From Deltaproteobacteria bacterium (GTDB lineage Bacteria > Desulfobacterota > Desulfobacteria > Desulfobacterales > Desulfatirhabdiaceae): a stretch of DNA of 64,000 bases. The notes beneath the pieces are model-generated. The model saw only the letters and a list, made by a program, of their open reading frames with translations, made no database searches and was not told where the DNA came from. Shown here one piece after another: positions 55,001 through 64,000 of the stretch. The stretch covers positions 1,047 through 65,046 of the forward strand of contig JBAXVB010000001.1 of assembly GCA_037129415.1 (NCBI GenBank), given 5' to 3'. Numbering within the stretch: position 1 is the stretch's first letter; each line of letters opens with the position of its first letter. The position numbers and the translations under genes are program-made.

Positions 55001-56202
55001 ACGAGCTTCTGGTGATCAGTGAAGTTGTTCAGTCAAGGGTGTTCAGCCTGATCAAGGGCCAGGTTTGCAGCATGCCATTTAGAAAAGGCAAGAGGGTGCT
55101 GATTCCAAAAGGAGTGCCGATTGATGATGAGATCATCGCGGATATCTCCGTAGATCAGCTTGAGGGTATTGTGCTGAACAGTCCGGAAATATCAGAGCAG
55201 GTTAACCAGATATTGGTGCAATACCGAGAACAGTGCGCTCATTGCAGGAATAATTTTGAAAGACAGGCCACCCGTTTTGAAAAAGGAGATGACCTGGCCC
55301 CTGGTGTCATCAAAATGGTTAAAGTTTATGTAGCCATGAAGCGCAAACTCTCCGTAGGGGATAAAATGGCTGGCCGCCATGGGAATAAAGGTGTTGTTTC
55401 CCGAATTCTGCCTCAGGAAGATTTGCCCTATTTTGCCGATGGAACCCCAGTGGATATGGTATTGAACCCACTTGGAGTGCCTTCTCGAATGAATGTGGGG
55501 CAGGTACTTGAGATTCACTTGGGCTTTGCTGCAAAAGGTCTGGGTGATCAGATCAACTGCTTGGTTGAGCAAAAGAAGTTGAGTGATCTTCGGGATAAAT
55601 TCGATAGAATATTTTCATCACCGATGCAGGAAGATTCCGAAGTTCGAAATCGGGTCGCCGACATGTCAGATGATGAACTGCTTGCTTTTGCTGCACAATT
55701 CAAGCAGGGTGTTCCCATGGCGACTCCGGTTTTTGACGGCGCCAAGGAAAAGGAAATCAAGGATTTGCTTCAGGAGGCTGGACTGGACAGGTCCGCGCAA
55801 AGTACGCTGTATGACGGGCGGACAGGGGAGCCTTTTAAGGAAAAGATCACGGTTGGAACCATGTATATGCTGAAGCTCCATCACCTGGTTGACGATAAAA
55901 TCCATGCAAGGTCCATTGGTCCGTATTCACTGGTCACACAGCAGCCATTGGGCGGTAAAGCTCAGTTCGGAGGCCAGCGTCTGGGTGAAATGGAAGTGTG
56001 GGCAATGGAGGCGTATGGAGCTTCCCATGCACTTCAGGAATTTTTAACTGTGAAATCCGATGACATGGCGGGAAGAACCCGAATGTATGAAAAAATCGTA
56101 AAAGGTCAGAATTCGCTTGAACCCGGTATTCCAGAATCATTCAAAGTTCTGACCAACGAATTGATGAGTCTGGGATTGGACGTTACGCTGCTCGAAGATT
56201 GA
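52072..56202 (+). CDS. rpoB: DNA-directed RNA polymerase subunit beta
   Basis: 1376 aa with canonical motifs (e.g. '[10 protein letters not shown]', '[14 protein letters not shown]'-type). Confidence 0.99.
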   Translation: MTERPLASKRIRKNFGKISKIVEIPDLIGMQRESFRRFLQMDIPADKRKDIGLQTVFNSVFPIKDFTGSASLEFVDYRFAEIKHGVEECIHRGMSYEIPVRITVRLVVYDTDKDTGSSNIRDIKEQEIYFGTIPLMTEKGTFIINGTERVVVSQLHRSSGVFFDHDKGKTHTSGKVIYTSRIIPVRGSWIDMEIDPKDIVYIRIDRRRKFPVTLLFKAFGYTPEDLLSYFYESEKIIIKRDHLVSRYFKAFNEEFLKGSRATQDVIDPNTGEVVVKKGRVFTQRILKRMKVDKLDAIPITLEELHDKVIATSILHPVTIEVVARANETVSEDLLSRLTNAGITEFEILFIDGTTISDSIRKTLILDKVQSKKEALLEIYRRLRPGNPATPEVAQDFVDHLFFKSAFYDLSGVGRLKINQSLGIDSNIDLRILRKEDILLTAKTLIRLRDTQGVVDDIDHLGNRRVRAVGELLENQYRIGLVRMERAIKERMSLQEVDALMPHDLVNPKPVSAVVKEFFGTSQLSQFMDQTNPLSETTHKRRLSALGPGGLTRERAGFEVRDVHPSHYGRICPIETPEGPNIGLIVSLSTYAQVNEYGFIETPYRVVSDAAVTSDVRFLSAFDEKSHAIAQANAAMDRNGSFTETEINSRVAGEFTMAKRDDIKLMDVSPNQLVSVSASLIPFLENDDANRALMGSNMQRQAVPLLVSQAPLVGTGIEGVVAKDSGVAVVAKRDGVVEDVEADRIVVRHDEMVQDAGSEIFWPVTIYNLSKFIRSNQNTCFNHRPIVKKGQRVKAGEVIADGPATDKGELALGKNVTVAFMPWGGYNFEDSILVGERLVREGVYTSIHIEEFELVSRDTKLGKEEITRDIPNVGEDALRNLDESGIIMLGAEVVPGDILVGKITPKGETQLSPEEKLLRAIFGEKAGDVKDTSLRVPPGIQGIVIDAKIFSRRGVDKDDRTRNIEDSEIAFLERDMKDELLVISEVVQSRVFSLIKGQVCSMPFRKGKRVLIPKGVPIDDEIIADISVDQLEGIVLNSPEISEQVNQILVQYREQCAHCRNNFERQATRFEKGDDLAPGVIKMVKVYVAMKRKLSVGDKMAGRHGNKGVVSRILPQEDLPYFADGTPVDMVLNPLGVPSRMNVGQVLEIHLGFAAKGLGDQINCLVEQKKLSDLRDKFDRIFSSPMQEDSEVRNRVADMSDDELLAFAAQFKQGVPMATPVFDGAKEKEIKDLLQEAGLDRSAQSTLYDGRTGEPFKEKITVGTMYMLKLHHLVDDKIHARSIGPYSLVTQQPLGGKAQFGGQRLGEMEVWAMEAYGASHALQEFLTVKSDDMAGRTRMYEKIVKGQNSLEPGIPESFKVLTNELMSLGLDVTLLED

Positions 56203-56353
56203 TGACTGCGTAAGAGCCTGTCCGCTGCGTTATCGCCAAACCTTTTCTAAATGACACCTGGCGATAACTTCAAGGTCTTTCTGCTGCGAATGGCATGGAG
56301 ATTCGGATTCTGACGTTATACGGTTTCAGATAGAACAATAAGGAGAGATTTTT

Positions 56354-59300
56354 TTGGAAACGCTATATGATTTTTTCGCTAAACCCATGGATCCCAAACG
56401 GTACACAGGTGTACGAATTGCCCTGGCATCTCCGGAGCAGATACTTAAATGGTCGCACGGTGAGATAAAGAAGCCTGAAACCATTAATTATCGAACATTT
56501 AAGCCCGAACGCGATGGGTTGTTCTGCGCAAAAATATTTGGCCCTACAAAAGACTACGAATGCAATTGCGGAAAATACAAACGAATGAAACACAGAGGTG
56601 TCATTTGTGAAAAATGCGGTGTGGAGGTCATACAGTCCAAAGTTCGCCGAGAACGCATGGCGCATATTGAGCTGGCCTGCCCCGTTGCGCATATCTGGTT
56701 TCTCAAAAGTCTTCCCAGCAAAATCGGTAATTTGCTGGATCTGACGCTCAAAAACCTTGAGAAGGTTCTGTATTTTGATAGTTATATTGTTATTGATCCG
56801 AAAGAGACTCCCTTAGTGCGTGGTCAGCTTCTTTCGGATGATAAATACCGTGACGCCCTGGAAGCATTTGGTCCCAAATTTGAAGCAGGTATCGGTGCAG
56901 AGGCCATAAAAACTCTGCTGGATGACATTGACCTCCAGACCATTTACCAGGAACTTCGTGTCGAAATCCGAACAAGCAATTCATCCGCCAAACGCCAAAA
57001 AATGGCTAAACGGCTGAAAATCGTGGATGCCTTCAGGCGATCCGGCATTGATCCAACATGGATGATTATGGATGTCATTCCTGTATTGCCTCCCGACCTG
57101 CGGCCTCTGGTTCCTCTTGAAGGCGGCCGCTTCGCAACTTCCGATCTCAACGATCTATATCGACGGGTCATCAATCGGAACAACCGGCTGAAACGCCTGA
57201 TCGAACTGCGGGCCCCGGATATCATCATTCGAAATGAAAAGCGCATGCTGCAGGAGGCTGTAGATGTACTTTTTGACAATGGTCGGCATGGAAGGGTGAT
57301 AACCGGAACAAATAAACGTCCGTTGAAATCGCTTAGCGACACGCTGAAGGGAAAACAAGGTCGTTTTCGCCAGAATCTGTTGGGGAAACGCGTGGACTAT
57401 TCCGGCAGAACAGTTATTACCGTGGGTCCCAATCTCCGGCTTCATCAGTGTGGTCTTCCCAAAAAGATGGCGCTTGAGCTTTTTAAGCCCTTTGTCTATT
57501 ACCGCCTGGAACAAAAGGGGCTGGTGCAAACGGTCAAAAGCGCCAAAAAAATGGTTGAAAGTGAAGATCCCCAGGTTTGGGATACCCTTGATGAAGTGGT
57601 GCGCGAATATCCGGTTATGTTGAACCGTGCGCCCACGCTCCACCGGCTGGGAATTCAGGCTTTTGAACCGATTTTAATTGAGGGAAAAGCGATTCAGTTG
57701 CATCCGCTTGTGTGTACGGCATTCAACGCCGATTTTGATGGCGACCAGATGGCGGTACACATCCCTCTTTCCGTTGAGTCTCAAATTGAAGCCCGCATAC
57801 TCATGCTCTCCAGCAACAATATTCTTTCACCTGCAAACGGGAGTCCCATCATTGTTCCCAGCCAGGACATTGTTCTGGGTATTTACTATATGACTCGCGA
57901 GGTCTCGGGGGCCAGGGGCGAGGGTATGTTGTTTGCGGGTCCCGAAGAAGTGCGTTCGGCTTATGACGCAGGAATTGCCGCCCTTCATGCCGGGATAACG
58001 GTGCGTATTCATGGAAAACGTCTGAAGACAACCGTTGGCAGAATGCTTCTTTGGGAAATCATGCCCAAGGATACGGTGATGGTGCTTCGTCGCATCATGA
58101 CGGATACACATGAAGAAGCCCTGCAGGTAAAGCAAGAACTCGGTGGCGACGCTTCATTTGTGGCATTGGTCCAAAAGTATTCTCAGCATCCGGACAAAGC
58201 ACATAAGGGACTAATAGGCCGACTTAGAAGCGAGGAGTTCAAACGGGTATTTCCGGCAACCGAAGAGGAGGTTGACGTGTTGTTTTCGCTGAGCCCCGGC
58301 GACACCAGCGAGATTATGAGCTTTGATGAAGCCTACCATATTTTTGAAGTAGTTGACCGTATGCCGGAAATTCCATTTGATGTGATTAACAATGTGATGG
58401 ATAAAAAGTCACTCCGCGATTTGGTGGACTATGCATACCGAAACTTGGGGCCGAAATCCACCGTCATTCTGGCGGATCGGATTAAAGACATTGGCTACCG
58501 GTATTCGACAGAGGCCGGTCTTTCCATTTCAATTGATGCCATGATTATTCCGGATGCAAAAGCAAAAATTCTAAAACATGCTGAAGAACGGGTCAAGGAA
58601 ATCGAAAAACAATACACGGAAGGTTTGATTACGCCGGGTGAGAAGTATAACAAGGTTGTCGATATCTGGGCTAAAGCCACGGATGATGTAGCCAACGAAA
58701 TGATGGAAGCCATGAAAATGGAAAAAGTCGATAAAGATGGCAAATCCGTTTTTCAGGAAAGCATGAACCCCATCTACATGATGGCTGATTCGGGAGCCAG
58801 GGGCAGCAAGGATCAGATGCGCCAGCTTGCTGGAATGCGCGGGCTGATGGCCAAGCCTTCCGGCGAAATCATTGAAACACCGATTACGGCGAATTTTCGT
58901 GAAGGCCTCTCGGTGCTTCAGTACTTCATCTCAACGCATGGCGCTCGCAAAGGTCTTGCCGACACGGCATTGAAAACCGCCAACTCAGGATACCTCACTC
59001 GGCGACTTGCGGATGTGGCTCAGGATTGCGTGGTCAGCGACGATGATTGCGGGACGCTGATGGGGGTAGATGTGGAGCCTTTGACAGAAGGCGGGGAAGT
59101 GATTCAACGGCTAGGAGACCGTATTTTGGGACGCGTGGCATGTGAAGACATTTTGGATCCCTATACCGATGAAGTCCTTATCACGACGGGAACCGAACTG
59201 GATGAAGTTGCTGTCAAGATCATTGAAGATGCTGGCCTGAAAAAAGTCCGGATTCGAAGCGTTCTGACCTGCAAATCCGATCATGGTGTTTGCGCCAAGT

Positions 59301-60766
59301 GTTATGGGCGCGACCTGGCGCATGGGCGCACTGTCGAAATCGGACAGGCTATTGGTATTCTTGCGGCCCAGTCCATTGGGGAGCCTGGAACACAGTTGAC
59401 TATGCGCACCTTTCACATCGGTGGAACAGCCAACCGCCGCGTGGAACAGGCGGATATTCGGGCGAGGGTGGACGGAACAGTAAAATTTCAAGACCTGGTT
59501 GTCGAGGCAAATTCTGAAGAACATGAAATTGTCATGAACCGAAAAGGTGGGGAATTTGCTATCATTGGTGAAACTGGGCGAAAACTGGAACAGTTTTCTG
59601 TGATATTTGGCGCCAATGTACATGTGAAAGACGATCAGAAAGTAAAGGTTGGAGATTTGCTGGCAACCTGGGATCCCTTTACCACCCCGATTATTTCGGA
59701 AGTCAGGGGCGTTGTAAAATTCGGTGATATTACACAGAACAAAACCATGCAGGAAAAGGTGGATCCAGTTACCCTGAAATCGAGCCGCACCATTGTAGAG
59801 TCCAAAAATATCGACGAACGGCCCAGAATTTCGATAAAGGATGACGACGGAAAAACCGCCAAGCTGCCAAGGTCCAGCGGATGGGCCAGGTATATGCTGC
59901 CAGTGGATGCCATCTTGCTGGTTGAGGAAGGGGACGAAGTTAAGGCAGGTGATGTGGTTGCCAAGCTGCCCCGGGCGACGACCAAGACAAAAGACATTAC
60001 CGGTGGTCTTCCGCGTGTGGCCGAACTGTTTGAAGTCCGAAAACCGAAGGACATTGCTGTGCTGAGTGAAATCGATGGCTATGTAGCGATTGCAAAGAGC
60101 AGCAAGAAGGGAAAGCAGAAGGTGACCGTCACGCCGGTTGATGTTGGCGAGAAGAAAGAGTACCTTATTCCCCGTGGAAAACATATCAATGTGATTGAAG
60201 GGGATTATATTCGCGCCGGGGAGCCGCTTATCGGTGGATCCAAAATTCCTCAGGATATTTTAAATATCAAGGGTGAAATCGAACTTGCGCGATATTTGGT
60301 GAATGAAGTCCAGGAGGTTTACCGGCTTCAGGGTGTACGCATCAACGATAAGCATATTGAGGTCATTGTTCGTCAGATGATGCGCAGGGTGAAGATTACG
60401 CAGGTCGGAGACACTGATTTTATTCAGGATGAGCAGATCGACAAGCTTCGTTTCCAGGAAATCAATGCGGCAATTGTCGATAGAATTTTCGAAGAAGAAG
60501 ACAGTGCCGGCAAAATTGTCGCCAGACATGGAGTTCCGGCAAAGGCGGAGCCGCTTATCTTGGGCATCACCAAAGCATCGCTGAGTACCGAAAGTTTTAT
60601 TTCAGCAGCATCTTTTCAGGAAACCACAAAAGTTTTAACGGATGCAAGCATTGCCGGCGCCGTGGACTGCCTTCGCGGTCTGAAAGAAAATGTGATCATG
60701 GGAAGAACCATTCCCGCAGGAACAGGATTTCCGGCGTATCGCGAAATCAGAATAGATGCATCCTGA
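56354..60766 (+). CDS. rpoC: DNA-directed RNA polymerase subunit beta-prime, with an extra ~95-aa parvulin-like insertion
   Basis: 1470 aa, TTG start. It has '[12 protein letters not shown]' and the trigger loop with an SI3-like insert. The extra segment at residues ~574-670 is described in the findings. Confidence 0.99.
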   Translation: METLYDFFAKPMDPKRYTGVRIALASPEQILKWSHGEIKKPETINYRTFKPERDGLFCAKIFGPTKDYECNCGKYKRMKHRGVICEKCGVEVIQSKVRRERMAHIELACPVAHIWFLKSLPSKIGNLLDLTLKNLEKVLYFDSYIVIDPKETPLVRGQLLSDDKYRDALEAFGPKFEAGIGAEAIKTLLDDIDLQTIYQELRVEIRTSNSSAKRQKMAKRLKIVDAFRRSGIDPTWMIMDVIPVLPPDLRPLVPLEGGRFATSDLNDLYRRVINRNNRLKRLIELRAPDIIIRNEKRMLQEAVDVLFDNGRHGRVITGTNKRPLKSLSDTLKGKQGRFRQNLLGKRVDYSGRTVITVGPNLRLHQCGLPKKMALELFKPFVYYRLEQKGLVQTVKSAKKMVESEDPQVWDTLDEVVREYPVMLNRAPTLHRLGIQAFEPILIEGKAIQLHPLVCTAFNADFDGDQMAVHIPLSVESQIEARILMLSSNNILSPANGSPIIVPSQDIVLGIYYMTREVSGARGEGMLFAGPEEVRSAYDAGIAALHAGITVRIHGKRLKTTVGRMLLWEIMPKDTVMVLRRIMTDTHEEALQVKQELGGDASFVALVQKYSQHPDKAHKGLIGRLRSEEFKRVFPATEEEVDVLFSLSPGDTSEIMSFDEAYHIFEVVDRMPEIPFDVINNVMDKKSLRDLVDYAYRNLGPKSTVILADRIKDIGYRYSTEAGLSISIDAMIIPDAKAKILKHAEERVKEIEKQYTEGLITPGEKYNKVVDIWAKATDDVANEMMEAMKMEKVDKDGKSVFQESMNPIYMMADSGARGSKDQMRQLAGMRGLMAKPSGEIIETPITANFREGLSVLQYFISTHGARKGLADTALKTANSGYLTRRLADVAQDCVVSDDDCGTLMGVDVEPLTEGGEVIQRLGDRILGRVACEDILDPYTDEVLITTGTELDEVAVKIIEDAGLKKVRIRSVLTCKSDHGVCAKCYGRDLAHGRTVEIGQAIGILAAQSIGEPGTQLTMRTFHIGGTANRRVEQADIRARVDGTVKFQDLVVEANSEEHEIVMNRKGGEFAIIGETGRKLEQFSVIFGANVHVKDDQKVKVGDLLATWDPFTTPIISEVRGVVKFGDITQNKTMQEKVDPVTLKSSRTIVESKNIDERPRISIKDDDGKTAKLPRSSGWARYMLPVDAILLVEEGDEVKAGDVVAKLPRATTKTKDITGGLPRVAELFEVRKPKDIAVLSEIDGYVAIAKSSKKGKQKVTVTPVDVGEKKEYLIPRGKHINVIEGDYIRAGEPLIGGSKIPQDILNIKGEIELARYLVNEVQEVYRLQGVRINDKHIEVIVRQMMRRVKITQVGDTDFIQDEQIDKLRFQEINAAIVDRIFEEEDSAGKIVARHGVPAKAEPLILGITKASLSTESFISAASFQETTKVLTDASIAGAVDCLRGLKENVIMGRTIPAGTGFPAYREIRIDAS

Positions 60767-60895
60767 TTCTGGTTCGGACTCAATAAGACTGCCTTTGTCA
60801 GCTTCTCTGTGCTGCAACTTGGCGTAATCAAGTACGTCACATAGTTGCCTGCTTTCGTGGTATCATCTTGAATGAGCCGTGAAGAGACAAAAGAC

Positions 60896-60922
60896 TTGAC
60901 AAATTGAACGAATCTATATAAA
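60896..60922 (+). promoter_or_regulatory. sigma70-like promoter upstream of rpsL
   Basis: TTGACA (60896-60901), 15 nt, TATAAA (60917-60922). The spacing is short, so confidence is low. Confidence 0.3.
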
Positions 60923-60986
60923 AGTACTAATTTTACTTTATGCAAGTTCTAATTATGTTTCAATTGAAGCGATCGAAGGGGAGAAA

Positions 60987-61358
60987 ATGCCTACAATTAA
61001 CCAGTTGGTAAGAAAGGGAAGAGATCGGATCAAGAAGAAGACCAATACGCCTGCGCTGAAAGGGGCGCCTCAGAAAAGGGGGGTTTGCACTCGGGTTTAC
61101 ACTTCAACACCCAAAAAACCGAACTCTGCGCTCAGGAAAGTGGCTAGGGTAAGGCTGACGACAGGTATTGAAATCACGGCGTACATTCCGGGCATCGGAC
61201 ATAACCTTCAGGAGCACTCGGTTGTTCTGGTTCGCGGGGGCCGCGTGAAAGATCTTCCCGGCGTAAGATATCACATCATCAGAGGAACATTGGATACGTT
61301 AGGTGTGGATGACCGGAAACAGAGCCGATCAAAATACGGAGCCAAGAAACCCAAATAA
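60987..61358 (+). CDS. rpsL: 30S ribosomal protein S12
   Basis: '[12 protein letters not shown]...[16 protein letters not shown]'. Confidence 0.98.
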   Translation: MPTINQLVRKGRDRIKKKTNTPALKGAPQKRGVCTRVYTSTPKKPNSALRKVARVRLTTGIEITAYIPGIGHNLQEHSVVLVRGGRVKDLPGVRYHIIRGTLDTLGVDDRKQSRSKYGAKKPK

Positions 61359-61418
61359 ATTAAGATATCGATCGCTTAAGGGTTAACAAGTAACTTTTTA
61401 GAGAAAATGGTGTAGGAT

Positions 61419-61889
61419 ATGCCCAGACGAAGAGAAATCGCTGAAAGAGTAATCATTGCAGATGCAAAATACGACAGCAAGCTTGTGGCTAAATTTATCA
61501 AATCAATCATGCGGGATGGGAAGAAGAGTATCGCAGAATCAATTCTCTACAATGCTTTCGGTATTATCGAAAAAAAGACGAGCGAAGCACCGCTAAAAAC
61601 ATTTGAGCAGGCAGTTGACAATGTCAGGCCGATAATTGAGGTAAAATCCAGGCGCGTAGGTGGATCTACTTATCAGGTGCCTACGGAGATACGGCAGTCG
61701 CGGCGGACGGCATTGGGGATTCGATGGCTCATCGGCTTTGCAAGGAAAAGATCCGAGAAAAGCATGGCCGAAAAACTGGCTGCTGAGATAATGGATGCCG
61801 CTAACAACAAAGGGTCTTCTGCAAAGAAAAAAGAGGACACTCATAAAATGGCTGAAGCCAATAAAGCCTTTGCGCATTACCGGTGGTAG
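61419..61889 (+). CDS. rpsG: 30S ribosomal protein S7
   Basis: 'MPRRREI...[26 protein letters not shown]'. Confidence 0.98.
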   Translation: MPRRREIAERVIIADAKYDSKLVAKFIKSIMRDGKKSIAESILYNAFGIIEKKTSEAPLKTFEQAVDNVRPIIEVKSRRVGGSTYQVPTEIRQSRRTALGIRWLIGFARKRSEKSMAEKLAAEIMDAANNKGSSAKKKEDTHKMAEANKAFAHYRW

Positions 61890-61949
61890 TCTCTGACCGC
61901 TGGCAGCATGAAAGAAACGGATTGACCGCAAAAAAAGGAGGACAGTGAA

Positions 61950-63143
<1,194 letters not shown>

Positions 63144-63160
63144 GAAAAGAGACGAAAACC

Positions 63161-63472
63161 ATGATTATGAATAGTAAAATCCGAATCAGACTTAAGGCAT
63201 ACGACCATAAACTGCTGGATCAATCAGCGTCAGATATTGTGGATACTGCCAACAAAACTGGGGCGAAAGTCATTGGTCCGATTCCGCTGCCGACCACGAT
63301 CAATAAAATATGTGTACTTCGCTCTCCACACGTTGACAAAAAGTCTCGTGAACAATTTGAGATGCGAACCCACAAACGACTGGTTGATATTCTGGAGCCA
63401 ACGCAGCAGACGGTTGATGCGCTAATGAAGCTTGATCTTTCTCCAGGCGTCGATGTAGAAATTAAACTGTAG
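63161..63472 (+). CDS. rpsJ: 30S ribosomal protein S10
   Basis: '[40 protein letters not shown]'. Confidence 0.98.
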   Translation: MIMNSKIRIRLKAYDHKLLDQSASDIVDTANKTGAKVIGPIPLPTTINKICVLRSPHVDKKSREQFEMRTHKRLVDILEPTQQTVDALMKLDLSPGVDVEIKL

Positions 63473-63487
63473 GGGAACAAAAACACG

Positions 63488-64000
63488 ATGTGCAAAGGAA
63501 TGATTGGAAAAAAACTGGGGATGACGGGTGTTTTCTCTCCTGATGGTCGGCATATACCGGTGACAGTTCTTCAAGTGGGGCCTTGCGTTGTGACGCAGAT
63601 TAAAACTGTGGCGACGGATGGTTATAATTCATTGCAATTGGCCTTTGGCTCCAAAAAGAAAAAGCGTGTGAACAAGCCTATGATGGGCCATTTTGGCAAA
63701 TCCGGCAGTGAAGTGTATGCACATGTTATGGAGTTTCCAGTGGATAATCCTTCGGAATATACTCTGGGCCAGGCGATTCCATTAGAAATGTTTGCTATCG
63801 GGGATCTGGTCGATGTTTCTGGAGTAAGCATCGGAAGAGGCTTTTCCGGCGTTATTCGACGTCATGGGTTCAGCGGCGGCAGAAATACGCATGGCAGCCA
63901 CTGCCTCAGAATTCCCGGATCTATTGGATGCAGTGCTTGGCCTTCACGTGTTGTCAAAGGAAAGAAACTGCCCGGCCAGTTTGGAAATGTAAATAAAACA
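63488..64000 (+). CDS. rplC: 50S ribosomal protein L3 (3' end beyond window)
   Basis: Open frame to the window edge: [35 protein letters not shown]... It is absent from the ORF track because there is no stop. The start is ATG 63488 or 63500. Confidence 0.9.
   Translation, partial: MCKGMIGKKLGMTGVFSPDGRHIPVTVLQVGPCVVTQIKTVATDGYNSLQLAFGSKKKKRVNKPMMGHFGKSGSEVYAHVMEFPVDNPSEYTLGQAIPLEMFAIGDLVDVSGVSIGRGFSGVIRRHGFSGGRNTHGSHCLRIPGSIGCSAWPSRVVKGKKLPGQFGNVNKT

Noticed and set aside
52115-60945. Many 60-360-aa ORFs on both strands inside rpoB and rpoC (e.g. 59111..60184 minus, 357 aa)
   Set aside because: They are fully contained in the unambiguous rpoB/rpoC frames. They have no RBS or motifs and are typical long-gene shadow ORFs.

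Overview
This 64-kb window is from a probable Desulfobacterota (delta-proteobacterial type) chromosome, judged from EF-Tu/RNAP sequences, the expansion of MJ0042-type zinc-ribbon proteins and the tRNA/tuf/rpmG/secE/nusG layout. It has two parts. (1) Coordinates ~955-32071 are a ~31-kb integrative genomic island inserted into the 3' end of tRNA-Glu(CUC). A perfect 46-bp direct repeat bounds it, and a tyrosine integrase and an Xis-like gene sit next to the intact tRNA. The int-proximal half (19.4-31.9 kb, + strand) looks like a mobile-element housekeeping and anti-defence module: RadC, a Rad52-like annealase, a Cas4/RecB-like nuclease, DUF932, a SLOG protein, a BRO-N antirepressor, MerR, HIRAN, an ~850-bp iteron/origin-like repeat region and a ParB-DNA methyltransferase fusion. 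The distal half (1.6-19.3 kb) is visibly AT-rich cargo of mostly unrecognisable genes. It holds a hydrolase-fold/ParB-HTH-like protein plus a 1033-aa Zn-ribbon/XPD-DinG-like helicase. It also holds a seven-gene same-strand array of paralogous MJ0042-type zinc-ribbon, membrane and secreted proteins separated by a repeated ~100-bp non-coding element. The remaining cargo is a TerB-N-like/Vsr-like nuclease, an HNH operon and a small Cys-rich secreted peptide. I recognised no capsid, terminase, T4SS or relaxase genes. (2) Coordinates 32.1-64 kb are core genome: tex, aroQ, rpe, a THUMP RNA methyltransferase, tRNA-Ala, a SWIM-SNF2 helicase, an AAA/PDDEXK_9 protein and a GH17-GT2 glucan synthase-like fusion. 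These are followed by tRNA Thr-Tyr-Gly-Thr, tuf, rpmG, tRNA-Trp, secE, nusG, rplKAJL, rpoB, rpoC, rpsL, rpsG, a second tuf, rpsJ and rplC (partial). Three core-region oddities stand out: a degenerate parvulin-like domain inserted in rpoC, two tuf copies that differ only at their ends (gene conversion), and no fusA between rpsG and tuf. All domain calls come from motif recognition by eye. No database search was run.
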